From a virus, in IMG/VR virus record IMGVR_UViG_3300002461_001194, positions 11,204 to 75,203 of that record: 64,000 bases of DNA. One strand, 5' to 3'. Positions 54,916 through 63,944 of the stretch are shown piece by piece. Below the pieces are notes generated by a model, which did no database searches, was not told the origin of the DNA, and was given only the letters and a program-made list of their open reading frames with translations. The position numbers and the translations under genes were made by a program. How positions within the stretch are numbered: the first letter of the stretch is position 1; each line of letters begins with the position of its first letter.

Positions 54916-56559
54916 ATGTCAAACATCACCGATCGCTTGCATGGCGTACGATCCAGCCAGGCCATCAAGGTTCCGTGCCTCGTCGCGACGACTGCGAACA
55001 TCACGCTCTCGGGCGAGCAGACGATTGACGGCGTTGCCGTAACCGCCGCGGTTGCTCCCACACCAGCCACCAGAGTGCTGGTCAAAGATCAGACCACCGC
55101 TGCGGAGAACGGCATCTGGGAAGTTAATTCCAGCGCGTGGCGTCGTGCGCCCGATTGGGATGGCATCGGCGACGTCGTGACCGGAACTCAGGTCTACGCG
55201 AACAGTGGAACGCAAGCCGGACGGTACGTCGTTACGACGACCGGCACGATCACCATCGGCACGACGTCGGTGGTGATCGAGTCCGACGCTGCCGCCGACA
55301 CATTTCTTCAGGACGGCGCTAGTGCCGTTTCAAGGACGGTGCAGGACAAACTCACGGATAGCGTGAGCGTTAAGGATTTCGGCGCGCTCGGCACCGATAC
55401 GGTTGACGAAACGTCGTATTTCGCCGCGGCTTTCGCTTCTGGAGCGCCAGATATTTATGTCCCCGATGGGGCGTATCTGCTGGGTGACCTTCAGATACCG
55501 AACACCGTTCGCAGAATCTATGGCCCTGGCACTCTGAAGTACACGGGCGCCAACACGTTCAACTCGATGATGTATACCGAGGACTATGCCGGCGAGGGGC
55601 TGGTGATAGGCGGCCACGGACTAACGGTCGACGTTTCCCCTGTGACCTACAGCGCAGTCGTGTGCATCGGTGTTTTCGGCACGTCCAATTCGGTCGTTTG
55701 TCGGGATGTGAAGTTCAAGAACTGCGGCCGCTTCGGCATGTACCTGGCCGGCGATGATTTGCAAGTCGATTGCGGCGCCGAGTTCTGCACCTTCGACAAC
55801 TACGCGCAGAGTGGCTTCTACAGTGATGAAGACGAGTGGGCGAATTACAATCGCTGCTTCCTGCGCTTCAATAAGTTCTTCGGACCATCGCCGAACTATC
55901 ACAATGCCATTCTCGCTGGTTCGCGACTAGAGGCGATTGGCAACTATGTCTATGGCGGTCACATCACATCGTTCGGCATGGCGTTTGGCATGTCCCGTGG
56001 CGGGCGTATCCTCAACAACGAATTTGAGGATTGCGTCGGCGACAATTTCGATGTCATGGCAATCAACGGCGCAGTCGGGATCGACTGGATTTGCTCGGGG
56101 AACGTCTCTAACGCCAATACAGGGGTTTCCCAGGAAATAGGCATGGCCATGGTCGCCTATCCTGGCTCCGTGCTCGGCAAGGGTCTATTCGCCACCAACT
56201 CCGTGAATGACTGTGGCTTTTCCGCATTTCCAATCTGTGACGTTCTCGGCGGTGACGGCGTCGTGCTTGATATTGGAATGCACGGAAACATCGCGCGCCA
56301 ACCAAACCGTGAAGATCACATCGTCAGCAACAGCGGCATCTACGTTTTCACGTCTGGAGCGTCAGGCATCAACGCGCGGACATCAATCAGCGGCGGGTCG
56401 CTTGGTTCCACGGACTCGCTGATGAAATACGGCGTTCTCGAAACCGCTGATTGTTTGGCAACGAGAGTCCAGGCCCCGATCATCTACGGTGCAGGCACCG
56501 CTAATATGCTGATCCAAGGTACAGGATCCAAATACTTCGAGCCAACCTATCTTCCGTAA
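54916..56559 (+). CDS. Tail fiber/tailspike with beta-helix
   Basis: ATTANITLSGEQTIDGV...VLVKDQT...ENGIW anchor; RTVQDKL...VSVKDFGA; pectate-lyase-like repeats. Confidence 0.88.
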   Translation: MSNITDRLHGVRSSQAIKVPCLVATTANITLSGEQTIDGVAVTAAVAPTPATRVLVKDQTTAAENGIWEVNSSAWRRAPDWDGIGDVVTGTQVYANSGTQAGRYVVTTTGTITIGTTSVVIESDAAADTFLQDGASAVSRTVQDKLTDSVSVKDFGALGTDTVDETSYFAAAFASGAPDIYVPDGAYLLGDLQIPNTVRRIYGPGTLKYTGANTFNSMMYTEDYAGEGLVIGGHGLTVDVSPVTYSAVVCIGVFGTSNSVVCRDVKFKNCGRFGMYLAGDDLQVDCGAEFCTFDNYAQSGFYSDEDEWANYNRCFLRFNKFFGPSPNYHNAILAGSRLEAIGNYVYGGHITSFGMAFGMSRGGRILNNEFEDCVGDNFDVMAINGAVGIDWICSGNVSNANTGVSQEIGMAMVAYPGSVLGKGLFATNSVNDCGFSAFPICDVLGGDGVVLDIGMHGNIARQPNREDHIVSNSGIYVFTSGASGINARTSISGGSLGSTDSLMKYGVLETADCLATRVQAPIIYGAGTANMLIQGTGSKYFEPTYLP

Positions 56560-56568
56560 AGGTGAACC

Positions 56569-56817
56569 ATGCCGCCAAAGAATCTCGAAAAATGCCGACA
56601 GAAGTTGGACCGTAAGATCGATCGTCAATCGGCTCGCATGAGCCAACGTCGGGAGGATAGCGACCGCGCAGCCTTCGATGACATGCGGAGGCGTGATCGC
56701 CGAGAGGGCCTTACTGACAAGCAGATCGCCGAGAAGGTTGCTCGGGTACAGGAAGCGGAGGCGCGCATCAAAGCCGCGCGCGCACTCGATCACATCGCCA
56801 GACCGAAGCGGAAATAG
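56569..56817 (+). CDS. Small highly charged protein
   Basis: 82 aa, AAGG SD. Confidence 0.6.
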   Translation: MPPKNLEKCRQKLDRKIDRQSARMSQRREDSDRAAFDDMRRRDRREGLTDKQIAEKVARVQEAEARIKAARALDHIARPKRK

Positions 56818-56835
56818 CCCTCAAGGAATCCATAA

Positions 56836-58158
56836 ATGTCCTTCTCCCCCAAGCGCTCCGATTTGGAGCGGTTTTTTGGCGCGCGTGCTCTTCCTGCGTG
56901 GATCGATGCCATGTCGGAACTCGCGCCGGTATTGTGTGAGCACTACGAGTTTGATCGACGTAGGTGGGTGCACTTCTGCGGCCCCGTGATTGGTGCTGAG
57001 ACAGACGGCCTTGCGCTATCACCCATGGAAGAAAACATGAACTATCGGGCGCCTCGCATTATCGAGGTGTTCGACTACCGCTTGGGACTGGCTCTTAAGC
57101 AGCCTCAGTGGCGCTCCTACGGCTCGAAGCGAGCGCTTGCAAGCTACCTTGCCGGCAAGCCGAACGAGCTTGCAGCGGTTGTCTACGGGGGCAGGGAAGG
57201 AAGTCCACCAGGCGACGGTAGGTTCCGCGGCAGGGGACCGACCCAGACAACCCATCTGAACAACTATCGCGATGCCGGTGCCGAAGTCGCACGCCAGCCA
57301 GGCGGCGGCAAGTTCGACCTCGTCGCCCATCCCGAACAGCTCGCGCATGACCCCGAGCTTGGCATCCGTGTTGCCTTCGCGGAGTGGCATCTCAAGAACC
57401 TCAATCGCTGGGCCGATGCCGACGACCTCGAGAACGTGTCGTCCGTTCTCAATACCGGCCAACCCGGCAAGTGGTCGATCACCAACGGTCGAGATAACCG
57501 CAAGCGCTGGCACGCCAAGGCGATCTCTGTATGGCCGGATGACGGTGTTTACGAGATGGCGAAAGCCGAGGTCGGTGTTCTCGCCGTCGGCTCAAAGGGC
57601 GACAAGGTTACGGAGCTTCAGGAACTGCTGCGCGAGAAGAACTACTTCGCCGGCAACGTCGATGGATCGTTCGGCAGCCTCACCGAAGATGCAGTGATCC
57701 TGTTTCAGAAGGACCACGGACTGTTGCGCGATGGCAAGGTTGGCGCATTAACGCTTGCCACACTTGAGAAAGCACCGCCCAAAGACCTTGGCGAAAGAGA
57801 TCAAATCACCGAGAAAGAACTAGCCGCGCGTGGGTCGCAGACGATCGCGAAGGCAAGCCTCGGCAAGCGTGTATTCAAGTGGCTCGGCTGGGGCGGAACG
57901 GGCGGCGCTGGCGCCAAGAAGCTCGACGAAACCTTCGACCTTGGTGGCGTCGATTTCGCGATTTCCCAAGGCGAGAAAGTTAAGAGCCTCGCCGGGCGCA
58001 GCGTAGACCTCGCAGCGTGGATTCCCCCCAGCGGGATTCTTTGGATCATGGGTGTCGGTGCGTTCGGGCTTGCCTGCTACGGCGTCTATTGGCTCTTCGA
58101 TCGGATCGTAGAGCAGCGGGTTAAGGACGCCCAGAGCGGCGCGCATAGAGGGAGATGA
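56836..58158 (+). CDS. Endolysin: GH19-like domain, peptidoglycan-binding domain, C-terminal TM segment
   Basis: FRGRGPTQTTHLNNY; LQELL...VDGSFG...FQKDHGL..DGKVG; hydrophobic C-terminus. Confidence 0.88.
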   Translation: MSFSPKRSDLERFFGARALPAWIDAMSELAPVLCEHYEFDRRRWVHFCGPVIGAETDGLALSPMEENMNYRAPRIIEVFDYRLGLALKQPQWRSYGSKRALASYLAGKPNELAAVVYGGREGSPPGDGRFRGRGPTQTTHLNNYRDAGAEVARQPGGGKFDLVAHPEQLAHDPELGIRVAFAEWHLKNLNRWADADDLENVSSVLNTGQPGKWSITNGRDNRKRWHAKAISVWPDDGVYEMAKAEVGVLAVGSKGDKVTELQELLREKNYFAGNVDGSFGSLTEDAVILFQKDHGLLRDGKVGALTLATLEKAPPKDLGERDQITEKELAARGSQTIAKASLGKRVFKWLGWGGTGGAGAKKLDETFDLGGVDFAISQGEKVKSLAGRSVDLAAWIPPSGILWIMGVGAFGLACYGVYWLFDRIVEQRVKDAQSGAHRGR

Positions 58159-58493
58159 TCATGTGTGATCGCTGCGAAGAGCTTGAGGAAGAAGTTCGCC
58201 AGCTAAAGGCGTTGGTCGCTGGCAAGGGGACTTATGAGATTTCTGGTTATGGCCTCACGCCATCTCAGGAAGCAATCTTCGGGGTGCTGCACCGAAGCAA
58301 GGGGCGCGTTGTCACGCGAGATCACCTGATGACCGCCGTCGGCGCTGACGCCTTCTGCGAGAGCGAAAACCCGGAAAACCTCCTGAGTGTTCACATTTGC
58401 AAGCTCCGCAAAAAACTGCGCGAAGCTGATGGCCCGATCATCAAAAGCGTAAACGGGCAAGGCTACTTAATGGAGGACACCCATGGCCGTTGA
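58155..58493 (+). CDS. Stand-alone CtrA-like winged-helix protein
   Basis: LTPSQEAIF...SVHICKLRKKL...IKSVNGQGY; no receiver domain. Confidence 0.8.
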   Translation: MIMCDRCEELEEEVRQLKALVAGKGTYEISGYGLTPSQEAIFGVLHRSKGRVVTRDHLMTAVGADAFCESENPENLLSVHICKLRKKLREADGPIIKSVNGQGYLMEDTHGR

Positions 58494-58872
58494 CCTAGAA
58501 GCCATAGAAGACGCTGCAAAGAGCAAGACAACGAAAGTCGTCGAACGGCTTCAGACCGTCTACGTGGATCCGCCCCGGTTCAATCTATTGACGGTGCTGA
58601 TCATGCTCGTGATCGCCGTGTGCCTCGTGTTTGGCTACGGCTGGTACACCGCGCACAAGCGAGACAAGTGGTGGCGGGCAAATATCGCTGCGGCCAGCGT
58701 GAAGGTCGATAGCGCGATCAAGAAGGCCAACGCCGAACTTCCCGACGATGAAATTCTGAAAACCTTGGGGGAATCCGATGCCGCACTCCGCAAAGCTGAA
58801 CTGGCGCTTACCGCGAAGCCTGCGCCTGCTACCGATACTTGCCCTGTTATCTCTCGTTCCTGCCTGCGCTAG
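58483..58872 (+). CDS. i-spanin (Rz-like)
   Basis: TM segment, coiled coil, C-terminal Cys pair. Confidence 0.7.
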   Translation: MAVDLEAIEDAAKSKTTKVVERLQTVYVDPPRFNLLTVLIMLVIAVCLVFGYGWYTAHKRDKWWRANIAAASVKVDSAIKKANAELPDDEILKTLGESDAALRKAELALTAKPAPATDTCPVISRSCLR

Positions 58873-59107
58873 CGACAACGTCGTCGTTAAGCCGGTCACC
58901 CTCGCGCCGATCGCGCCGGGCCTCATGACTGGCATGAAGCCGCCCGCCTGCGACCTTCCCGATAGACCGGGCTATACGGGCTTTGAATTGGCCCGTCGCG
59001 GCGATTGCTGGTCTGCTGCCTACGGTGCTGCCGTCGGGAGACTGCATGGGCTACAGAGGGCCGTGAAGGCACGGGAAAAGGCTATCGCAGGAATCGTGAA
59101 GAAGTGA
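58778..59107 (+). CDS. o-spanin (Rz1-like lipoprotein)
   Basis: LLPILALLSLVPA-C signal; Pro-rich; overlaps the i-spanin in another frame. Confidence 0.7.
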   Translation: MPHSAKLNWRLPRSLRLLPILALLSLVPACASDNVVVKPVTLAPIAPGLMTGMKPPACDLPDRPGYTGFELARRGDCWSAAYGAAVGRLHGLQRAVKAREKAIAGIVKK

Positions 59108-59280
59108 TCGAGCCTCGCTTGACAATGCGACAAATCAACCTCATACCGCTGCTTACCAGCGGTGTAGGTGTCGGTTACTTCTTTGGATGAAAAAACCGGC
59201 GCCGTTTGTTCCCTGGGTCAAATCAAGCGATACTGCGGCGGGGTAGTGTCTCAGTTTGAAATTTGAAGAATCGATAGGCT

Positions 59281-60153
59281 CTAGGTCTTCGGAAGCTTCG
59301 GCTTACGCGACTTCTTGATGACCACCTCAACTTTAGACGGAACAGTTGGGTTCGCTTTGCGCAAGGCCTTGTCCTTGTTCCAGCCCGCGGGAGGATCATA
59401 CGAGCGCGGCCGATCGACCACGTGCTTTCCGCGCGCCGTTACGTTCTTCGCGAACATTGCTTCAATGAGAGCGTCTTCCGTTATGGTTCGATCGCCCGTC
59501 GCATATTCTAACAGGTGCTGGCTATGTATCCGTCCAACCGGGGCAACGATTACGATCCCAACCTCGGGGCAAATCTCCCTCAAAAACTTGCAGGTTGCTG
59601 CCTGGTCCGTATCTGCGGTGACCAAGTAGACCACATCTGCGCCCCCCGTTAGCGCCTCTGCAACGGCGTGAATTGCCACGTTAACGTCGCCAGCCTTTTC
59701 GGTCGGCTTTGAATAGGGTCCGCACGTCGGGCAGTGAAGCGGAGAGTGCACAAAATGCCCCTCGCTTATTGCGACGCCAGTGCTGATGAGGGCCTTCTTA
59801 TAGGCGCTAAACCTAGCGACCTTTGCTGGGAAATCAGGGTTGGAGGCAGTGCACCAACGCACCAACACCAACTCCTCCTTAGAATGATCGATTAAAAGGG
59901 TGCAGAGTTTCCAGAGATCCAGCCACTTGAGGTGAGGCTGGCCTAAATCATTGATTGCGTGATAAAGATTGAAACCATCAACGAAAAATGCCGCCCGAGC
60001 TTTGCGCTCGGCGGTTACTCCAACTGCAGGCTTCCCAGTTGGTGCGCTTGCCTTCGTTATGGTAGTTCCGGGAGGATCGTGCCCCCCGGGTGCTGACGGC
60101 GTACCGGCAGCGGGGATGGATCCTTTAATAGTGAGAATTGGACGTTTTGTCAA
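59281..60153 (-). CDS. NYN (PIN-like) domain ribonuclease
   Basis: FFVDGFNLYH, TEKAGDVNVA, LVTADTD. Confidence 0.88.
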   Translation of the reverse strand: MTKRPILTIKGSIPAAGTPSAPGGHDPPGTTITKASAPTGKPAVGVTAERKARAAFFVDGFNLYHAINDLGQPHLKWLDLWKLCTLLIDHSKEELVLVRWCTASNPDFPAKVARFSAYKKALISTGVAISEGHFVHSPLHCPTCGPYSKPTEKAGDVNVAIHAVAEALTGGADVVYLVTADTDQAATCKFLREICPEVGIVIVAPVGRIHSQHLLEYATGDRTITEDALIEAMFAKNVTARGKHVVDRPRSYDPPAGWNKDKALRKANPTVPSKVEVVIKKSRKPKLPKT

Positions 60154-60216
60154 GTTTGAGGCCTTCCCTCGCGCATAATCATTGGAAAACGCTAGTTTAT
60201 TTTTAAATTCCGCGAA

Positions 60217-61104
60217 TCAGTTAGGTTCGATCGCTGCACGTTTTTTGTACGTCTTCGGCCGACCCGGCTTCGGCGCGGCGGCGTCAATCAGCGCAACGAT
60301 GTCCTCAAAGCCCATGAGCGTGGTGGTCAGGTTCGCGGCCATGGCTGGAGTCGTGCGAAGCGTCTTATGAATGCGGATCCAGTTGTACCAAACCGTGTAG
60401 AGGGCGACCATGTTGACGTGGCTGTGGAATTTCTTCGAGAAGGCGTTGGTCAGCCGAGTGAAGCGCCGATTGTGCATCCGCAGCGTGAGGTTCGACCGCT
60501 CCACGTAGCTCGTGCTGATGTGCTCCGGCTTCGGACGACCGCTGATGCGGACCTTGGTCGCGCCAGTGCACTCCGGCGGGCTGTAGCGCCGCTGGCCTTC
60601 CGAGGTTTGGCCATAGGCCTTCACAAGCTGGGCGTAGTCGACGAAGCCGCCAAATGCTGCGTCTACCGCCTCGACGTAGAGCCGCAATCCATCTGAGGTG
60701 ACTTGCGTACGCTGGTCGATCCGGGCCGATACGTCCCGCATGAAGACCTCGGCATGAACAGCATCCCTGTCGCCGACAAGCCAACTCACGATCAGCTTGC
60801 TGTCAGCGTCCAACGCCGTCCACGTCCAGACGTCGCCAGCGAAATCAACGGGCGCCTTCATCGTGGGGACGTTCTTCTGCTTGGCGGCGCAGAAGCTCCA
60901 AATCTCGTCGACCTGAACGCGCTTGCACCGAAGCTTGCGGACCTTCTCGTCGTGGAAGGTCATGCAGACGCTGCCCGCGTCCTCGAGGATCTTGGCGACC
61001 GTGTTGATCGACACGTCGCAGACCCGCGAGATCGACCGCATGGACGATCCCTCGCAGAGCATGGCGAGGATTTGGACGCGTTTCTCTATGGGCAGCTTGT
61101 TCAT
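60217..61104 (-). CDS. IS1-family DDE transposase
   Basis: QVDEIWSF, TSDG, VERSNLTLRMHNRRFTRLTNAFSKK; TTGACG-17-TATATT ends 6 nt before the ATG. Confidence 0.9.
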   Translation of the reverse strand: MNKLPIEKRVQILAMLCEGSSMRSISRVCDVSINTVAKILEDAGSVCMTFHDEKVRKLRCKRVQVDEIWSFCAAKQKNVPTMKAPVDFAGDVWTWTALDADSKLIVSWLVGDRDAVHAEVFMRDVSARIDQRTQVTSDGLRLYVEAVDAAFGGFVDYAQLVKAYGQTSEGQRRYSPPECTGATKVRISGRPKPEHISTSYVERSNLTLRMHNRRFTRLTNAFSKKFHSHVNMVALYTVWYNWIRIHKTLRTTPAMAANLTTTLMGFEDIVALIDAAAPKPGRPKTYKKRAAIEPN

Positions 61105-61142
61105 ACCCACAATATATGAACTTTTATGCTTGGCGTCAAGCA

Positions 61143-62222
61143 TCATCTGACGACATAGAGCTTTCCTTTGCCGAATGAGTCGCCATACAGCCTGTGAACA
61201 TCGCCCACCGCAATGCCGAGAAATTTAGAAAGATCAGGCGGGGAATAACCCAGATTGTCCGCGTACAGTTTTATGATTTTGGGAAATAGCGCGGGCATTT
61301 CCCTTTGAAAGTCAGTTTCGGCGGGTTCATGTGTGCGCCAGCCTCGGATTGAAAGCTGTTTCCACAAGTAATCACTTTGATTTTTGTTTATGTATCCAAT
61401 ACGAGACGCGTGCAGCAGAAGGAAGTTTATTGAGGCTTTCCAATAGGCTTTCTGGCGAATGAGAAGCTCGAGTGTAATTCGCCGGCCTATAAGTTGGTGC
61501 TTGTACTCTCGCTCCGGCACAAGAAATTCCCCAGCAAAAGCGTTGGCTTCGTCTTCGATCGTATCTGTAGGAAATTTGTGCATCACGACGTGACCCAACT
61601 CGTGAGCCAACGAAAACCTCATCCTGTCGGCCGGAGCGTTGCGATTCAAAAAAACACATACGGGAAGGTCCCGGACTCGCATCGTTACTCCGTCAACACC
61701 GGGATCAAGATCCGCCCAAATAACAAGGATGCCCGCTCGCTCGCAGACTTCCGTCAAATTGCGGACAGGGCCGTCGGGCAACCCCCAGAGACGGCGCACA
61801 GTCCTGGCCACTTCCGCAGGCCCGCCACCCTCATCTACGTCGATCCACGGCAGATCCTGTTCAGACTTTAGATCGACCGCTTCTAGCAATCGCCTGATGT
61901 GGATCATTCGCACGTTCAACTCGGACTGAATTGTCCGAAGCGTGCGCTCCCCAAGGCTCGCTTTTTTCCGCGTCATCGGATGCACGCTTAGAGGCAGCCC
62001 CGCAATCTCATGGGGCAGATAAAAGAAATCTGGTTCAAACGCCAAATAAGAAGACAGCTTTTGAACGTTCTCTGCGCTTGGTCCTTCTGGAAGAAGGCCG
62101 TTCTCAATCCGCGAATAGTGCCCCTGATTTAGGCCACAGGCGTCAGCGACATCCTTTTGGCTCAGGTCGCGAAAATGCCTCGCCAGAAGCAAAAGAGATG
62201 GATTGAACTGCTTTAGCATCAC
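61143..62222 (-). CDS. XRE HTH plus ImmA/IrrE (M78) metallopeptidase, RmrA-like
   Basis: LSQKDVA...YSRIENG; RFSLAHELGH; EDEANAFAGEFL. Confidence 0.88.
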   Translation of the reverse strand: MMLKQFNPSLLLLARHFRDLSQKDVADACGLNQGHYSRIENGLLPEGPSAENVQKLSSYLAFEPDFFYLPHEIAGLPLSVHPMTRKKASLGERTLRTIQSELNVRMIHIRRLLEAVDLKSEQDLPWIDVDEGGGPAEVARTVRRLWGLPDGPVRNLTEVCERAGILVIWADLDPGVDGVTMRVRDLPVCVFLNRNAPADRMRFSLAHELGHVVMHKFPTDTIEDEANAFAGEFLVPEREYKHQLIGRRITLELLIRQKAYWKASINFLLLHASRIGYINKNQSDYLWKQLSIRGWRTHEPAETDFQREMPALFPKIIKLYADNLGYSPPDLSKFLGIAVGDVHRLYGDSFGKGKLYVVR

Positions 62223-62821
62223 TCATTCTCATTATCGGCCTGCGTTTTGTCAGGGATAGTCTTTTTGAGGCTGGCCAAATCGGCGGTGCTCGACGCGTGA
62301 GGTGCATCCCCCAGAGGCAGGGTCTCGACAATTGCGGAGGTGGCTTCCAACTCAAAGTGCCAAAGGATCTTGTTGCCCTCGCGCCCGACGACACAAAGCC
62401 AATCGATAGCTGTTTCAAACTGATTGAGCACGTAGACCACTTCCACGCGCTGATAACCAGCGAAGCCGAATAGATCAGCCTCTGGCTCGTGAAAAAGTTG
62501 AGCGAGTGCAGTCGGGTAATTTCGGGATTTTAGCTCGAAGTCACCCTTCTTCAGTCGCACCAAGACTGCGCCGTCGAAAATGAATGACACCGTGTCGAAG
62601 TGCTCGATCACTTCAACGTCGTCCTGCAATTCCTCAATTGCGTACTGGACCGCGTACTCCCAGATAAGGCCGGCGCGAGTTCCTTTCCGACGCCACCACG
62701 ATCTGTCCTCGAATTTTTCCTCGAAGGTATCCCAAGCCCGTTCGTAGGCCCGGCGTAGGGCGGCGGCCCGGCCCTTCTGCTCGATCACACGGTTCACGAA
62801 GGATTTGTCAGGGCGAGCCAT
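62219..62821 (-). CDS. Partner of the peptidase, RmrT-like toxin candidate
   Basis: 200 aa, 4-nt stop/start overlap with the peptidase gene; identity inferred from operon layout. Confidence 0.6.
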   Translation of the reverse strand: MARPDKSFVNRVIEQKGRAAALRRAYERAWDTFEEKFEDRSWWRRKGTRAGLIWEYAVQYAIEELQDDVEVIEHFDTVSFIFDGAVLVRLKKGDFELKSRNYPTALAQLFHEPEADLFGFAGYQRVEVVYVLNQFETAIDWLCVVGREGNKILWHFELEATSAIVETLPLGDAPHASSTADLASLKKTIPDKTQADNENE

Positions 62822-62901
62822 ATTTCCACCTCAGCGGACGAATCGTCGTACGCTTAAGGTGACATAAAATTCCGCAAATTGACATCTAAATATGCGCGTC
62901 G

Positions 62902-63141
62902 CTATGCGTCGCCCTTGTTCCACCTTGATTTGGCAGCTTTTTTTGCGATAGCGGAGCGTTGCTCAGCAGTCATGTTCGCCGCTCTCGCCTTGCCGCCGCG
63001 CCGTCCGAGGGACTGCGCAGCCTTATCCTTTCCGTCCTCTGTGACGGCATCTTCTTCCTCGCCTGTAGCTATCCGCATCACCTTTACGGCGTTGCCGATC
63101 ACGTCAGTCGGCCTCTTCTGTCCCTTGGGGCCTTTGGCCAT
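62902..63141 (-). CDS. Small basic protein with KGG-like motif
   Basis: MAKGPKGQKRP...LGRRGGKARA...AKKAAKSRW. Confidence 0.8.
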   Translation of the reverse strand: MAKGPKGQKRPTDVIGNAVKVMRIATGEEEDAVTEDGKDKAAQSLGRRGGKARAANMTAEQRSAIAKKAAKSRWNKGDA

Positions 63142-63377
63142 CAATCTACTCCCGGCTTGCAGCGGCCGCATTTCCCGGTGTCTTTGAAAGTCGGAAACTG
63201 CGCGGCCATGAACTGCTCAGCTTCAGCGAGCGTGGAGAATGGGCCGTCCCAGCCCGTAGCGCCGGAGCCGGTGCGATGCTGGCCTTCCTGCCCGCGTCCA
63301 TCTCGACAGTCAGGGCATGAGGCTTTGTGAACCCGCGCCCGCCTATGCGGCGACATGTGCGATACGTAGTAATTCAT
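63141..63377 (-). CDS. Small Cys/His protein
   Basis: VHKASCPDC...KCGRC; coupled to the next gene. Confidence 0.65.
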   Translation of the reverse strand: MNYYVSHMSPHRRARVHKASCPDCRDGRGQEGQHRTGSGATGWDGPFSTLAEAEQFMAAQFPTFKDTGKCGRCKPGVD

Positions 63378-63550
63378 AGCGCTAAGCATATCATGGAGAT
63401 AGGGCGGCGGCCAATCGAGTCAAGTCGAACAAATTTCAAACTGAGACACTACCCCGGAGTGATCAAGATGATCTGCCTTCGGGAGCATTGACTGGCGGAA
63501 TCCATCTCCCGCTGTGAGTTCTTCAATTGGCCTTTTGGTCACTGGCTTCT

Positions 63551-63754
63551 TCATCGTCTCTTCCTTCCTTTGCGGTTCAACCAACCCTCATAGATGAGTG
63601 CAGCAAGGAAGAACAACAGCGCGCCGAAGACGAAAGGCGTAGCTACGTCGACAGCATTCTTGGGGCCAAAGATCGGCAGCGTCACAAGGGCGACAACGAA
63701 GCCAGACCCCATTATCGTGAGTGTGATGATCGCGACCTTTCCAGCGTTGCTCAT
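63551..63754 (-). CDS. Two-TM membrane protein (67 aa)
   Basis: AGGAG SD; two hydrophobic segments and a basic tail. Confidence 0.7.
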   Translation of the reverse strand: MSNAGKVAIITLTIMGSGFVVALVTLPIFGPKNAVDVATPFVFGALLFFLAALIYEGWLNRKGRKRR

Positions 63755-63758
63755 CGGC

Positions 63759-63944
63759 TCACTCCTGTTTCTGGGGAGGGGCGGGGAGCATCCCATTCGA
63801 CTTGAGAATTTCTAGCGCGCGATCCGCGAACGGCTCAACCATCTTCGCGGCGGATGCACGCTCTCGGTCGGCCATGGCCTTTTCAGCCAACTTTATTTCG
63901 GTCGCCGTGCGATCTTTGCCTTCAACAAGTTCTTCCTCGGGCAT
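63759..63944 (-). CDS. Small helical protein
   Basis: GGAG SD before MPEEELV. Confidence 0.6.
   Translation of the reverse strand: MPEEELVEGKDRTATEIKLAEKAMADRERASAAKMVEPFADRALEILKSNGMLPAPPQKQE

Larger units (their letters stand above)
59242..63453. mobile_element. IS1-family cargo element with 23-bp terminal inverted repeats
   Basis: GGTAGTGTCTCAGTTTGAAATTT (59242-59264) / AAATTTCAAACTGAGACACTACC (63431-63453); internal DDE transposase. Confidence 0.9.

Noticed and set aside
54916-56559. BPP-1-like diversity-generating retroelement acting on the tail fiber
   Set aside because: No reverse transcriptase and no template/variable repeat pair noticed.
59125-59190. 21-aa hydrophobic ORF after the spanins
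   Set aside because: No SD; the ATG directly follows a TTGACA that fits better as a -35 element.
59230-63465. 8-9 bp target-site duplication for the IS
   Set aside because: Flanks TGCGGCGG and CCGGAGTG are not direct repeats.
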